Assembly: GCA_040954595.2 (NCBI GenBank)
Contig: CM082589.2
Location: 8,940,894-9,004,893, forward strand
Source of the DNA: Balanoglossus misakiensis
Lineage: Eukaryota; Animalia; Hemichordata
Direction of reading: 5' to 3'
DNA length: 64,000 nt
The number at the start of each line of letters is the position of its first letter. The first letter of the stretch is position 1. Both the position numbers and the translations under genes were made by a program. Shown in pieces: positions 1 through 12,734 of this stretch. The notes below the pieces were generated by a model, which saw only the letters and a list, made by a program, of their open reading frames with translations, did not search any database and was not told the DNA's origin.

Positions 1-3000
1 AGATTATGGCGGCCATATTGGATTTTCGAAAAACCATAGTAAAACTTCAAAAATCTTCTTCTCAAGAACGGGCGATAACCGAGTCACAAGATTTGGTGTG
101 TGTGGTCATTAAACAGATGTCTATCAAGTTTGCGAAGAGGAATGTGATTGGTCGAAGATTATGGCGGCCATATTGGATTTTGTGAAAAACGATTAAAAAG
201 TAAAAATTCCTTTTCTAGCCTAAAAATTGATAGCACAGAAATTCTTTTTATGGATATGAATCATCATATGACAAGAATAAGCTATAAATATTTTGGTAAT
301 TTTGGCAATGACCTTTGACCTACTTTTGACGCATCATTTTTCTGCATATCTAATTCCAGGCTAACCAATAGGGCTATAAGTTTGGTTTTTGATGTATGTG
401 GATTTGTATGTGATCAAAAATTTTTGCTACTTTTCATGACCCCTTTGACCTCTGGTGACCTCATTAAATATGCGCATACCTAATTAATGATGAACCAATA
501 GACCTAGAGGTTTTGTTTTTGTTATACATGGACCAGTATGGGGTCAAAATATTTTGCCCAAATGTTGGGTGACCTCGGGTGACCTTTGACCTACTTTTGC
601 ATATCTCGACATCCACAGCAGATACAACCTTGGCGTTTGGAGGTATGGGGCCATAATGAAAAGCCAAAGTTTTGGGTCACCTGTGACACCTGCTTAACTC
701 ATTATTTATGTGCATACCTAATTCCAGGCTAACCAAAAGGGCTAGAGGTCTGGTTTTTGTTGGACATGGACCACTATGGGTCAAAATTATCTGCCCAAAT
801 TGTGGGTGACCCCTGGGAGACCTTTGACCTACTTAACACTATATCAACACCAAACATAGATATAACCTTGATATTTCATGGGATAAAACAGAGCATTATG
901 TTTCTACTCATTAATTACGTGCATATCTAATATCAGATCAGATAATAGAGCTTGGGCCCGGACAATGCTGCTTGCAGCTTTAATCTTTCTTTCTTTCTTT
1001 CTTTCTTTATTCTTGTGTCAATTCTTCGGCCAACGAGATCTCTGAAACTACTGCAGGTACACTTCTCAAACTTGCTACAGTGGTCAAGGTCAATGAGTAG
1101 ATGTGCAGTGACTTGTGAATACTTAATTAGTCACGTGACCTGGCGGCCATATTAGATTTTCTGAAAAAATACAAATCTCAGATCTCAGAAACTACAAGTC
1201 AGATCGACTTCAAATTTGGCATGCAGGTAGACTACCTTCTACCCATCATTTTTGTCATTGGAAATTTTGCTGTCAATGTTGCAGTTTTTTTGCTACAATT
1301 TTTTTTCTGAAATCTGGCTTAAATTTCAAAAATCTTCTTCTCCAGAACCGATGATAACTGAGACACGGGGTTTGGGGTATGTGGTCACCTAAGTGATGTC
1401 TATCAAGTTTGCGAAGATCATTGTGATTGGTCGACGATTATGGCGGCCATATTGGATTTTCGAAAAACCATAGTTAAACTCCAAAAATCTTCTTCTCCAG
1501 AACGGGCGATGACTGAGTCACAAGATTCGGGGAGTATGGTCACTACACTGATGTCTATCAAGTTTGCAAAGAGCATTGTGATTGGTCAAAGATTATGGCG
1601 GCCATATTGGATTTTGTAAAAAGCAGTGAAAAATTGAAATTCCTTTTTCTAGTCTAAAAATTGATAGCATACAAATTCTTTTTATGGATATCAATCGTCA
1701 TGTGACTAAAATATGTAACAATTTTTTGGCGATTTTTCACATGACCTTTGACCTACTTATCACGCGTTATTATTTCTGCATATCTAATTCCAGGCTAACC
1801 TATAGGGCTAGACGTTTGGTTTTTGATGCTTGTGGACTAGTGTGTGATCAAAATATTTTGCTACTTTTCATGACCCCTTTGACCTCTGCTGACCTCATTA
1901 ATTATGTGCATAGCTAATTACAGGCGAACCAATAGAGCTAGAGGTTTGGTTTTTGTTGGACATGGACCAGTATGGGATCAAAATTTTTTGCCCAAATGTT
2001 GGGTGACCTCTGGTGACCTTTGACCTACTTTCGCATATCTCAGCATCCAGAGCAGATAAAGCCATGGCATTTGGTAGGATGGGACCAAAATGTAAAGCCA
2101 CATTTTTGGGTCACCTGTGACACCTGCTGACCTCATTAAATATGCACATACCTAATTACAGGCGAACCAATAGAGCTAGAGTTTTGGTTTTTGTTGGACA
2201 TGGACCAGTATGGGTAAAAAAAATTGCCCAAATGTTGGGTGACCTCAGGTGACCTTTGACCTACTTCACCCTATTTCAGCAGCAAAAATACACACATCCT
2301 CGTTATGTCATGAGATAATACATCTGATAGAAAATTCTGTTTCTTCTCATTCATACTGTGCATATATAATTCAAGATCAGCGCTTGGGCCCGACAATGCT
2401 GCTCGCAGCTTTAATTCTTTCTTTCTTTCTTTCTTTCTTTATTCTTCTGTCAATTCTTTGTCGCTCTAGATCTCAGACACCGCTGCAGGTACACTTCTGA
2501 AACTTGCTACAGTGGTCAAGGTCAATGAGTAGTCGTGCATTGAACCCTTGAATTTTTAATTAGTCACGTGACCTGGCGGCCATATTGGATTTTCTGAAAA
2601 AATGCAAATCTCAGATCTCAGAAACTACAAGTCAGATCGACTTCAAATTTGGTGTGCAGGTAGTCTACCTTCTACCCATCATTTTTGTAATTGGATATTT
2701 TGCTGTAAATGTTGCAGTTTTTTTGCTACAATTTTTTTTCTGAAATCTGGCTTAAATTTCAAAAATCTTCTTCTCCAGAACCGGTGATAGCTGAGTCACG
2801 CGGTTTGGGGTATGTGGTCACCTAACTGATGTCTATCAAGTTTGCGAAGATCATTGTGATTGGTCGAAGATTATGGCGGCCATATTGGATTTTCGAAAAA
2901 CCATAGTGAAACTTCAAAAATCTTCTTCTCAAGAACGGGCGATAACCCAGTCACAAGATTTGGTGTGCGTGGTCATTAAACAGATGTCTATCAAGTTTGC

Positions 3001-5294
3001 GAAGGGGAATGTGATTGGTCGAAGATTATGGCGGCCATATTGGATTTTGTGAAAAACGATTAAAAAGTAAAAATTCCCTTTCTAGCCTAAAAATTGATAG
3101 CACAGAAATTCTTTTTATGGATATGAATCATCATATGACAAGAATAAGCTATAAATATTTTGGTAATTTTGGCAATGACCTTTGACCTACTTTTGACGCA
3201 TGATTTTTCTGCATATCTAATTCCAGGCTAACCAATAGGGCTATAAGTTTGGTTTTTGATGTATGTCGATTTGTATGTGATCCAAAAATTTTGCTACTTT
3301 TCATGACCCCTTTGACCTCTGCTGACCTCATTAAATATGTACATACCTAATTACAGATGAACCAATAGACCTAGAGGTTTTGTTTTTGTTATACATGGAC
3401 CAGTATGGGGTCAAAATATTTTGCCCAAATGTTGGGTGACCTCAGGTGACCTTTGACCTACTTTTGCATATCTCGACATCCACAGCAGATACAGCCTTGG
3501 CGTTTGGAGGTATGGGGCCATAATGAAAAGCCAAAGTTTTGGGTCACCTGTGACACCTGCTTAACTCATTAATTATGTGCATACCTAATTATAGGCTAAC
3601 CAAAAGGGCTAGAGGTCTGGTTTTTGTTGGACATGGACCACTATGGGTCAAAATTTTCTGCCCAAATTTTGGATGACCTCAGATGACCTTTGACCTACTT
3701 TTGCATATCTCGGCATCCAAAGCAGGTACAGCCTTGGCATTTGGAGGTATGGGGCCATAATGAAAAGCCAAAGCCAAAGTTTTGGGTCACCTGTGACACC
3801 TGCTTTACGCATTATTTATGTGCATACCTAATTCCAGGCTAACCAAAAGGGCTAGAGGTCTGGTTTTTGTTGGACATGGACCACTATGGGTTAAAATTTT
3901 CTGCCCAAATGTTGGGTGACCTCTGGGTGACCTTTGACCTACTTAACACTTTATCAGCACCAAACATAGATAAAACCTTGATATTTCATGGGATAGAACA
4001 GCATTATGTTTCTACTCATTAATTATGTGCATATCTAATATCAGATCAGATAATAGAGCTTGGGCCCGGACAATGCTGCTTGCAGCTTTAATTCTTTATT
4101 ATTATTCTTCTTCTTCTTCTTCCGAGAAATTCGGCCAGGTAGATCTGGAAAACCGCAGCACCTAGGGGGCTGAAACTTGTTAGGGTGATAGGGGCCAATG
4201 AGTAGACGTGCAGTGGCCCGTGAATATTTAATTAGTCATGTGACCTGGCGGCCATATTGGATTTCCTGAAAACCGTTAAATGAGTCCTTCTCAAAAACTA
4301 CAAGGCCGATCGAGTTCAAATTTGGTGTGCAGGTAGCCTACCTTCTGTCCATCATTTTACCCCATTGAAATCATGACGTCACACATAAAGTTTTTTTGCT
4401 ACAATTGTTTTTCTTAAAAAATACTTAAAACTTTAAAAATCTTCTTCTCCAGAACCAGCGGTTACCGATTCTCGGGATTTGGGATATGTGGTCACCTAAC
4501 CTATGTCTATCAAGTTTGCGAAGCGCACTGTGATTGGTCGATCATTATGGCGGCCATGTTGGATTTTCGGAAAACCATTGAAAAATGAAAATTCTGTTTT
4601 GTAGCCAAAATGTTGACAGCACGGAAATTCTTTTTTTGGATATGAGTCATCATATGACCGGAAGTTGTCACAATTTTTCGTAGCAATTTTCACATGACCT
4701 TTGACCCAGTTTTAAAACAACTAATTATATATGCATATTCCCCATACCTCCTCTTGTAAAAGCACCACAGTCATGAATTTTGTGGACATGGGTACCAATG
4801 CTGCCAGGACATGACACAAATATTTTGGTAATTTTGGCAATGACCTTTGACCTATTTCTGCATATCTAATTCCATGCTACCCAATAGGGCTAGAGGTCTG
4901 GTATTGGTTGGACATGGCCCAGTCTGGGGTCAAAATTTTATGCCCTAATTTTGGGTGACCTTGGGTGACCTTTGATCTACTTTCCCATATCTCAGCATCC
5001 AGAGCAGTTAGAGCCCTGGCTTTTATGGGTATTGAGCACATAATGGAGTCTTACACAAGACCTCATTAATTATGTGCATACCTAATTGCAGGCGAACCAA
5101 TAGGGCTAGGGGTCTGGTTTTTTGTTGGATCTAGACTAGTATGGGGTCCAATTTTTTTGCCCAAATTTGGGGTGACCTCAGGTGACCTTTGACCTACTTT
5201 CCCATGTCTCGGTATTCCCAGCAGATACAGCCGTGGAATTTGCTGGTCACCATGGGAACCGCTTGTGCCCCCCCAACGCTGCTTGCAGCTTTAA
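1..5294 (+). repeat. Tandem array of 1.2-1.7 kb units, probably non-autonomous Helentron (HINE-like) elements; extends off the left edge
   Basis: Units end in GGGCCC/GTGCCC...GCTGCT(T/C)GCAGCTTTAAT at ~983, ~2414, ~4092 and ~5294. Each new unit starts with a (CTTT)n or (ATT/CTT)n microsatellite. Internal sub-repeats include TATGGCGGCCATATTGGATTTT and TGACCTTTGACCT. A 3' hairpin, microsatellite, T-rich junctions, no TSD and head-to-tail arrays fit rolling-circle Helentron derivatives. The repeat is certain; the family is inferred. Confidence 0.65.
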
Positions 5295-5744
5295 TTTTAT
5301 TTAAATCTAAAAGTGATCTTGTCATAGATTTCCTTGTCCACAAAAGTGTTACTAGTACCACTAAACCTTAAACCATATCACTACAGGAAAACCAGCAGAC
5401 CTGTATGATTCCAATAACCCTGACTGGGCACCAACTATAGATATGGGAAATCATAAAGTCCTGTCAACACCAGTGTATGGCAAGCCTCAGGGGTCTTAAG
5501 TATAGCAATAGTAGTATATAATGTTGAAGTAGTACGATTATATTTTGATTCATTAATATATTATAATAAATAGTAGTATATAATGTTGAAGTAGTACGAT
5601 TATATTTTGATTCGTTAATATATTATAATAAATAGTAGTATATAATGTTGAAGTAGTACGATTATATTTTGATTCGTTAATATATTATAAATAAATAGTA
5701 GTATATAATGTTGAAGTAGTACGATTATATTTAGATTCGTTAAT

Positions 5745-5899
5745 TCGGGGGGGGGGTCATCATATTTTTGGGTCTGTCAAAGGGGGGGGGGGCATCATTT
5801 TTTGGTTCTGGGTGAAGGGGGGGGGTCGGCCTGATTTTGAGAACCGATGACACAAACTTGCCGGCCCCCCCCCCCTGCCGTAAAAACTGAACGGTCCCT
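5745..5899 (-). mobile_element. Single end of the GGGACCGTTCAG MITE family, nested in the IS3EU-like element
   Basis: Reverse complement of the first ~150 bp of the 19953-20808 element; ends GAACGGTCCC|TTA. The left 62-bp array stops where it begins. Confidence 0.8.
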
Positions 5900-6071
5900 T
5901 AGGGGGCAGAAGTAGACAGGGAAAGGATTTTGCTTCGATAAAATCGAATTTCGGCCGAAAAAGCTGCAGTCCGGATCCGGACCGCAGAAGCACCAGTTTT
6001 TTTCTATGGCGCCTTGCAGGGCTGTGGTGGAGGCCGTGTAACGCCGGGAACACACAGACCTGTACGCAGAG

Positions 6072-6244
6072 CTAGGCCGGTGACGGCTGAGTTGCTTCCT
6101 TGCAAAGGTCTCGGAGTCGCACTCGATCACCTGCTCTTGTAACTCCCAATCTCTTTATTTCCCCTTCCGTCATGGAAAGAACGGTGGCAGCTTCAACCCG
6201 CTCATTGCCAAATTTATCTCCTGCAATATTGCCTCGATGTCCAT
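6072..6244 (-). pseudogene. SAM-domain gene fragment inside the IS3EU-like element (copy 2 at ~39586-39758)
   Basis: MDIEAILQEINL, a frameshift, then KFGNERVEAATVLSMTEGEIKRLGVTRAGDRVRLRDLC. This fits the SAM pattern F..E.I....L.....L..LG....G.R..L. Confidence 0.6.
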
Positions 6245-8719
6245 CTCTTTCGACTGCGACTGAGACGCACAAAACAAACGGAAAACACGGAAAATGGCCG
6301 ACAGCAAAAATTGTGCGACCTCTGGTGAGGTGGAAGTGAAGGTTGTAAACAAGTAAATAATAATAATACTTGCAAAGTATCTTAAAATCTTAGAGTCTCT
6401 GAATAGCTTAAACATACGCCCTCTATATATAATACCATGTTTAAATAATATAGAGATGAATGTTATTATATTAATAATGTTTGTAAATAATATTTTATAT
6501 AATATACACAGTGTTACCATTAATAGAGTCAAGTTTATTTATAATATATTAACGAATCAAAATATAATCGTACTACTTCAACATTATATACTACTATTTA
6601 TTTATAATATATTAACGAATCAAAATATAATCGTACTACTTCAACATTATATACTACTATTTATTTATAATATATTAACGAATCAAAATATAATCGTACT
6701 ACTTCAACATTATATACTACTATTTATTTATAATATATTAACGAATCAAAATATAATCGTACTACTTCAACATTATATACTACTATTTATTATAATATAT
6801 TAATGAATCAAAATATAATCGTACTACTTCAACATTATATACTACTATTGCTATACTTAAGACCCCTGAGGCTTGCCATACCAGTGTCAAGCCAAAAAAG
6901 ATATATAAGACAGCAGGAAAGAGAAGCGAAAAGAAGGGTAGTCGTTAGTGTATCAGCTACAGATGAAGCACCAGCTGCATGCCACGATGGTAGTACTGGT
7001 AGCAACAGACGAGATATGGGAACACAAACAGATATTGATGGAATTCTTTTTGACAGAAGAATTGCAACAGTTGAGACAAGAGAAGATGGACTTACAGACT
7101 CACATGCTTGGTCGGTCCAAGTCATTTTCAGACTATCGTCTCGATGACTTGAGCAATGAAGATGAAAAAGTGTGTCATTCTGTCTGGTGTTCTCCACGTT
7201 ATATAATTATCTTGAGCCATACCTCCCAAATAAAAAATCAATGACCAGATTTCAAATTTTATTTATGGTACTTATGCGTTTACTTCTGAATTTGGCTGAG
7301 CAGTTCCTTGCTTATGAGTTTCATGTTTCACAATCGACAATTTCTAGATTTTTTTGTGATGTCATTAATGTATTGTATGCCAGGACAAAACATTTTGTTT
7401 TCTGGCCTTCACGTGATGTTCTTCAAAAGACTATGCCACTTGAATTTGTCAGATATTTTGGAAGGAAGATTGCTGTAATTATAGATTGTTTTGAAGTTAT
7501 CATTGAGAGGCCATCAAATCTTATGGCCAGAGCCCAGACATGGTCGTCATACAAACATCATAATACTGTTAAGTTTTTATTAGGTATAACACCACAAGGT
7601 GCAATTTCTTTCATTTCAAAGGCATGGGGTGGGCGGGTCTCAGATAAATTCATTACAGAACAATCAGGTTTTTTAAGAAATATTTTACCAGGAGATATTA
7701 TCTTAGCTGACAGGGGTTTTAATATTCATGATTCACTTGGAAGTATATGTGCATCAGCTAAAATACCAGCATTCACCAGAGGGAAAAATCAATTATCACC
7801 CCTTGAAATAGAAGCAACCCGAAAAATAGCCCACTGCAGAATTCACGTAGAATGAGTTATTGGTAGTGTCCGTCAGAAATATACAATTTTAAACAGCACT
7901 CTCCCCATTGATTATCTGATGACGAGGGAGGGGCAAACATTATCAATGATTGACAAAATATGTCATGTAAGCTGTGCACTTACAAATTTATGTGAGCCCA
8001 TTGTAAATGTTAAAAAGTAAAATAGTTCACAAATGTTTCTCAATGTCAGACTTGACCATTAAATTTTTAAATTCCTTTGCAGTTCTTGTAATTACTCAGC
8101 CTAGCCGGCTGTCACAAGACATCGGTATTTCATTGTTATATATATTCCGGAAATATTTGGAAAGTTCTAGAAGGTCATTCGAATGTCAAGTTCTGGAGTT
8201 GTTCTGGAGTCGCGTTGAGCGATTGTACCAGCAGAGTGAATAAAGTTCACTGGTATTTTCACGGTGAAGACTTGCTATTGCGATAGTCTGTGTGTTTCCT
8301 TCAGTGTTACAGGGAGGTATGGCTCAATATTTTCTGTACTTTTGTCAACTCTTTTCTCGTTCTAGTAAATAAATACGCCACGTTGGCTTTTGCACTTTAC
8401 TTTTCTTGTTTTGTGCACTCCCTCATTCAGGTGTATGGTTGTTACCCTTATTGATCAAACATTTTGTTATTCTATGTCCCTTGTGAGAACCTTCCAAAAA
8501 ACATAGATTTTGATAGAATGATTTAGAAAACATCATTATATTGTAGAGAGGGTGTGTGTGTGAGGGCGTAATAACAACTGTAAGGTCAGGACACAATAAT
8601 GTTTGATGCCAAATATGTGTTTTATTGCACTTCATGATTCATGATGTGACAATGACAATGTGACAACATTTCTGTTGTCAAAGTTTTCCATCATCTTTCC
8701 ATTACTGTCTATTAAAACA

Positions 8720-9985
8720 TTACTTCCTTCGACGATGAAACTGTGGAAGCTTTCTGCAATCAGGACAATACAATTTTTTGGTTTTTGGTGCCCTACTTAT
8801 CTTTAAACATTCAAAATTAAACCACTTTAATTGGCAGTTTTCATTATCACAACATACCATGTTCCCTGATTCAAATTGCTGACAGTAACAGTACAGGTTA
8901 TCATCATTGGAATTCGCACCAATTGTGCTTGTATTTGGATCAATTTTTTTTAGAGTATTGTCAGTATTCGGTAACTTTGAGTAAAATTTCCCAACTAATT
9001 CTGGAAGAATAGCTGTTCTAAATATGTGTTCAGCCTTTTCACATGCAAAAGTCCTCATCAAACTGGATAACCTCAACATGGATATTCTTTTCAGTCCAAA
9101 CCACAAAATAGCCAAAATCATACTGGCAAACTCCCAATTGTGTCTGGACCTGATAGTAATATGCATGCTTCTTATCTAATTTGAGAATGCCATCATCCTC
9201 TTTTTGCAAACAAAAACCACTACTGATGGCATCAGGTATTTCACTATCTCTTTTACAGTAGGGACATTTTATTTCAAGGCACCCCACTCCACAACAGTCA
9301 CACGTGACAATCCCATCAGGGGAAGCTCCCAAATGTGGCCAATCAGGGTTAATAATCAAACCACAATCCTTTACCAAAACATTATCATGTTGCTTTGATA
9401 TGTCAAATATGAATTTCTCTCTTGCTGTTTTTTCATGCTTGCAACCCCAAGTTGTGGCTTGTGAAAAAAACGTTATACTTTCTGGATGACAGATGCTCAT
9501 GATTAAACTATGAGATGGGCTAGCTGGATCAGTATGGCATACTGACTTCATTTTAGATGCAGTTACTCGGCCTTCTCTGAAATGAAACCACAACTGAGAG
9601 TTTGCCTGATCACGTGTATTTCTTTCAACAGCTGCAGACTGTTCACTGATCATTTTTCAGTGATGTCAAATTAATAGGAAAGTTATCACTAGAAGACTTC
9701 GGTAAGTAATCATCACAATAAGGGGAAGAAGTTGTCAAAATTGCTGCACGTGTGTTGGTACTTTGGAGTTCTCTGCAGAACTCTGCCATATCCAGCTCAG
9801 ATGCAAGTGGAACAGGGGTTGTATCACTAACACATGCCTGATTTACTGCCTGATTTACTCTATCACTGGAACCCTCAAGCGAAGAAGTCAAAAGTTTCTT
9901 TTTCGATTTTGCGGACGTAAAGTCTATATCACACACTTCTCTATATTCCACTTTTTGTACTCCACTCGGTAGCAGCCAATATCCT
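8720..9985 (-). pseudogene. YqaJ/lambda-exonuclease-like protein with C-terminal PHD finger (ISL2EU second gene), frameshifted and 5' truncated
   Basis: Three overlapping frames: YWLLPS..VEYREVCDIDFTS; then W..FREGRVTAS, WGCKHE, CGL..LGASPDG, LEIKCP, YYYQVQTQL; then LYCYC...MVCCDNENC..KWFNFECL...YCPDC (PHD). Confidence 0.9.
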
Positions 9986-10158
9986 TAAGATGAAATTCTC
10001 ACCCTCAATTTTACACCAACACTGGTACAGCATTTTGCGAGAAAATGGCGAGGAACGCACACTTTCTCGCTGTTCCGCGAGAACCATGCGAGAACACAAT
10101 ATCCTCGCAAAAGGTAAGCGAGATTTGTGTTTTCTCGCAATAGGTCAGCGAGAATTAA

Positions 10159-11600
10159 TCAGCTATCGTCACTCCACTCCTGAAGAAACCGTCCCTGGAT
10201 TTCAATATACTCAAGAATTATCGCCCTGTTTCCAATCTTCCATTTCTTTCCAAAGTACTCGAGAAGATCGTCGCGGCTCATATCACTGACTACCTCACCA
10301 AAAGCTCTCTCCAGGTACCATTACAGTCAGCATACAGAAAATACCACAGTACAGAAACTGCACTTCTGAAAGTACACACTTCTCATCCTCCTTGATCTCT
10401 CCGGTGCTTTTGACACAATTGATCACAATATACTACTTCATCGACTCTCGCATCTTGGTATCTCCGATGTCGTACTCAAAAGGTTCACTTCATATTTAAA
10501 GCAACGGGAACAGTCTGTTAAAATCAACGATGTCATCAGTGAACCATCAGAACTCAGCTTCGGCGTCCCTCAGGGCTCAGTTGTCGGGCCTCTCTTGTTT
10601 ACTATCTACATTGCTCCACTATCAAATTTGATACACAAGCACAATCTACATTTTCACCAGTACGCAGATGACAACCAGCTTTATCTTTCATTTTCTCATC
10701 ATGACTCTCCCGCAGCCCTGTCTTCGATTGAAACCTGCATTCTCGACATCAAGGAATGGATGACCCATAATAAACTCCAGCTTAATGTCAGTAAAACCGA
10801 AGTCCTTCTGATTCGCTCCAAGTTTAACACGTCACCAGATCCTATTAACAGTGTCAACATTGGTTCCACTTCTGTCACACCAGTCTCATCTGCTCGCAAT
10901 ATAGTCATGATCTTCGACAGTAATCACATGTTCAGTCAGCACATAAAGTACACCTGCAAATCGATCTACAGTCACCTCCGCCGAATTGGATCTATACGAC
11001 GTTACATCACCAACGAGACTTGCCAAACCTTAGTACATGCAACTCTATCTGCCAAACTTGACTACTGTAACTCACTCCTGTATGGTCTCCCAGAAAACAC
11101 AATCGCCCTACTTCAAAGAGCTCAGAATACTTCAGCCAGAATAGTCATGCGCACTAGGAAATTCACGCCTATCACTCCAGTTCTTGCCCAGCTCCATTGG
11201 TTACCAGTTCGTCTCAGGATCGACTACAAAATTTTGTTGATAACTTTTAAAGTTATCCATAACCAGAATCCCGCTTACATCAGTGATCTACTGTAGCCAT
11301 ACACTCCCACTCGTACACTGCGTTCATCCACCAAGAAACTCTTAACATACACAACCTACAAAAACAAGACCTATGGCGGCCGTGCCTTCTCCTATGCAGC
11401 CCCTAAACTGTGGAACGCACTACCTCTTGACATCAGGGAATCAACAAACCTGGAGACTTTCAAAAGAAAACTGAAAACTCATATGTTCGAAAGAGCATAC
11501 AGTGTGGTTTAACCATGTGCGTCATTGGGCAAAATTTCTTGTTTTGGATTTTGGCGCTATATAAACTTTGTGTTGATAGATTGATTGATTGATTGATTGG
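10159..11600 (+). mobile_element. 5'-truncated L2/Crack-type (CR1 group) LINE, degenerate reverse transcriptase
   Basis: RT motifs VTPLLKKP, NYRPVSNLPFLSK, LLDLSGAFDTIDH, GVPQGSV, QYADDNQLY, ITPVLAQLHWLPV..RIDYK and RAFSYAAPKLWN. The 3' end is GCGCTATATAAA plus an (ATTG)n tail. Candidate TSD GAATTAA at 10152-10158 and 11601-11607. Confidence 0.92.
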
Positions 11601-11671
11601 GAATTAACTTTTCTCGCGCTGCATATGCGAGAAATTTAATTCTCACAGTCAACCGCGTGTAGCCAATGTAA

Positions 11672-12734
11672 GGGAGCATTCGTTTTTTACAGGGAGGGGG
11701 GGGGCGGTGGAATTTGAGTCGCCGACTAAATGTAAAAGGCAACCCCCCCTGGACATTACTTTTCTAAAATGTGACCCCCCCCCCCAAAAAAAAAAGTTTA
11801 TCCACCGGATTAAACTTATCAAACTTTGTCAGATATTGGTGTATGTTCGACATACCACATAATCAACCATGAAACCTAGTTCCTTGATTTCCAAGTAGTG
11901 CATTGTCTGCCTGATCTTGTTACGTGAAAGAGTTCATTTTCAATGTCGCCGCTATCACTTTCTGAGTCACTTTCCGCTGAATCACCTAGTTCACCTATCA
12001 CTACATGTTCATCTTCTGGTTCACTGTCCTCGTCCGAGTCATCCTCTTCATCCTCCTGCTCATCCTCCTCTTTGTCTCTCTCATGGTTTACTCTGAGACT
12101 TTCCAGAGTTGTTTGACACAGTTTCCGGCCAATGTGCGCTTCAACTATTTTCAGTTTGTCTTTTTTCAGCATCTTTTTCTCTGTTGTCAATTTATGTCTG
12201 TTCATTTACATGTCTACTGAACATTGTTTTTATTTTTTAAGTATTTGTATTCTGTGTTGGGAGACATTGTAAACCGAGAATTGAAGGGGTGGGTTTGGGA
12301 GGGGGTGTCCCCCTCCCACGTAAGAAAATTTTATAAAATACAGAGCTCAAAGCTGCATTTTAATGAATCCAGCAAAAGCAAATTAATGTCGCCGCTCCAA
12401 GTTATCATGGGGTGGGGGCAAGTCCCCTGACCTGGGACACTAGATAAACCAGTCAATGATTGAAAGGTGTTGATGAATGGAGGGGGTGGGTGTGGGAGGG
12501 GGTGTGCCCCTCCCACATTAGAAAATTTTGTAAAATAAAGGACGCGAAACTGCATTTTTGTGGACTCAAAATAAATATTTAGCCGTCAAAGTTTTCAAGT
12601 CCCCCCTTTCAGTCCCTATATAATAATCCCTTGATTATAAAATTTGTCCCCCCCTAAAAACTGCTTTGTAAAAGTAACCCCCCCCCCCTGATTTCCACCG
12701 CCCCTCCCCCTCCCTGTAAAAAACGAATGCTCCC
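11672..12734. mobile_element. Harbinger/Tourist-like MITE with TAA TSD
   Basis: Perfect TIR GGGAGCATTCGTTTTTTACAGGGAGGGG at both ends, flanked by TAA. Confidence 0.85.

Larger units (their letters stand above)
5476..6880. mobile_element. IS3EU-like non-autonomous element with long, internally repeated TIRs, inserted in the transposase exon
   Basis: Termini TATGGCAAGCCTCAGGGGTCTTAAGTATAGCAATAG... and the exact reverse complement. Flanked by direct repeat CCAGTG (5470-5475, 6881-6886). TAY..RTA ends with a 6 bp TSD are what I recall for IS3EU; an alternative reading is ATGG..CCAT with an 8 bp ACCAGTGT TSD. Arms are built of 62-63 bp tandem units. Removing the element restores the frame VLSTPV-SSQKRY. 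Confidence 0.8.
5387..8020 (+). pseudogene. DDE_Tnp_4 transposase pseudogene (copy 1, THAP exon 1 absent from window)
   Basis: Same as copy 2 from exon 2 onward. It shares the insertion (5476-6880), the frameshifts near 6950-7190 and the HVE*VIG stop at 7853-7855. Confidence 0.92.

Noticed and set aside
5510-5743. CRISPR-like appearance of regularly spaced repeats (also 14808-15513)
   Set aside because: The units are contiguous tandem repeats with no unique spacers, no cas genes are present, and the context is eukaryotic.
6456-6803. ORF with a 21-aa repeat (YNILTNQNIIVLLQHYILLFI)
   Set aside because: Translation artefact of a 63 bp TIR sub-repeat; the mirror arm has mostly 62 bp units that break the frame.
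9039-9653. Prophage or endogenous virus suggested by the YqaJ 'viral recombinase'
   Set aside because: No capsid, polymerase or packaging genes; the convergent THAP-DDE partner explains it as ISL2EU.
10595-11296. RT next to a nuclease as a retron/DGR-like system
   Set aside because: It is a 5'-truncated L2-type LINE with a tail and candidate TSD, inserted independently.
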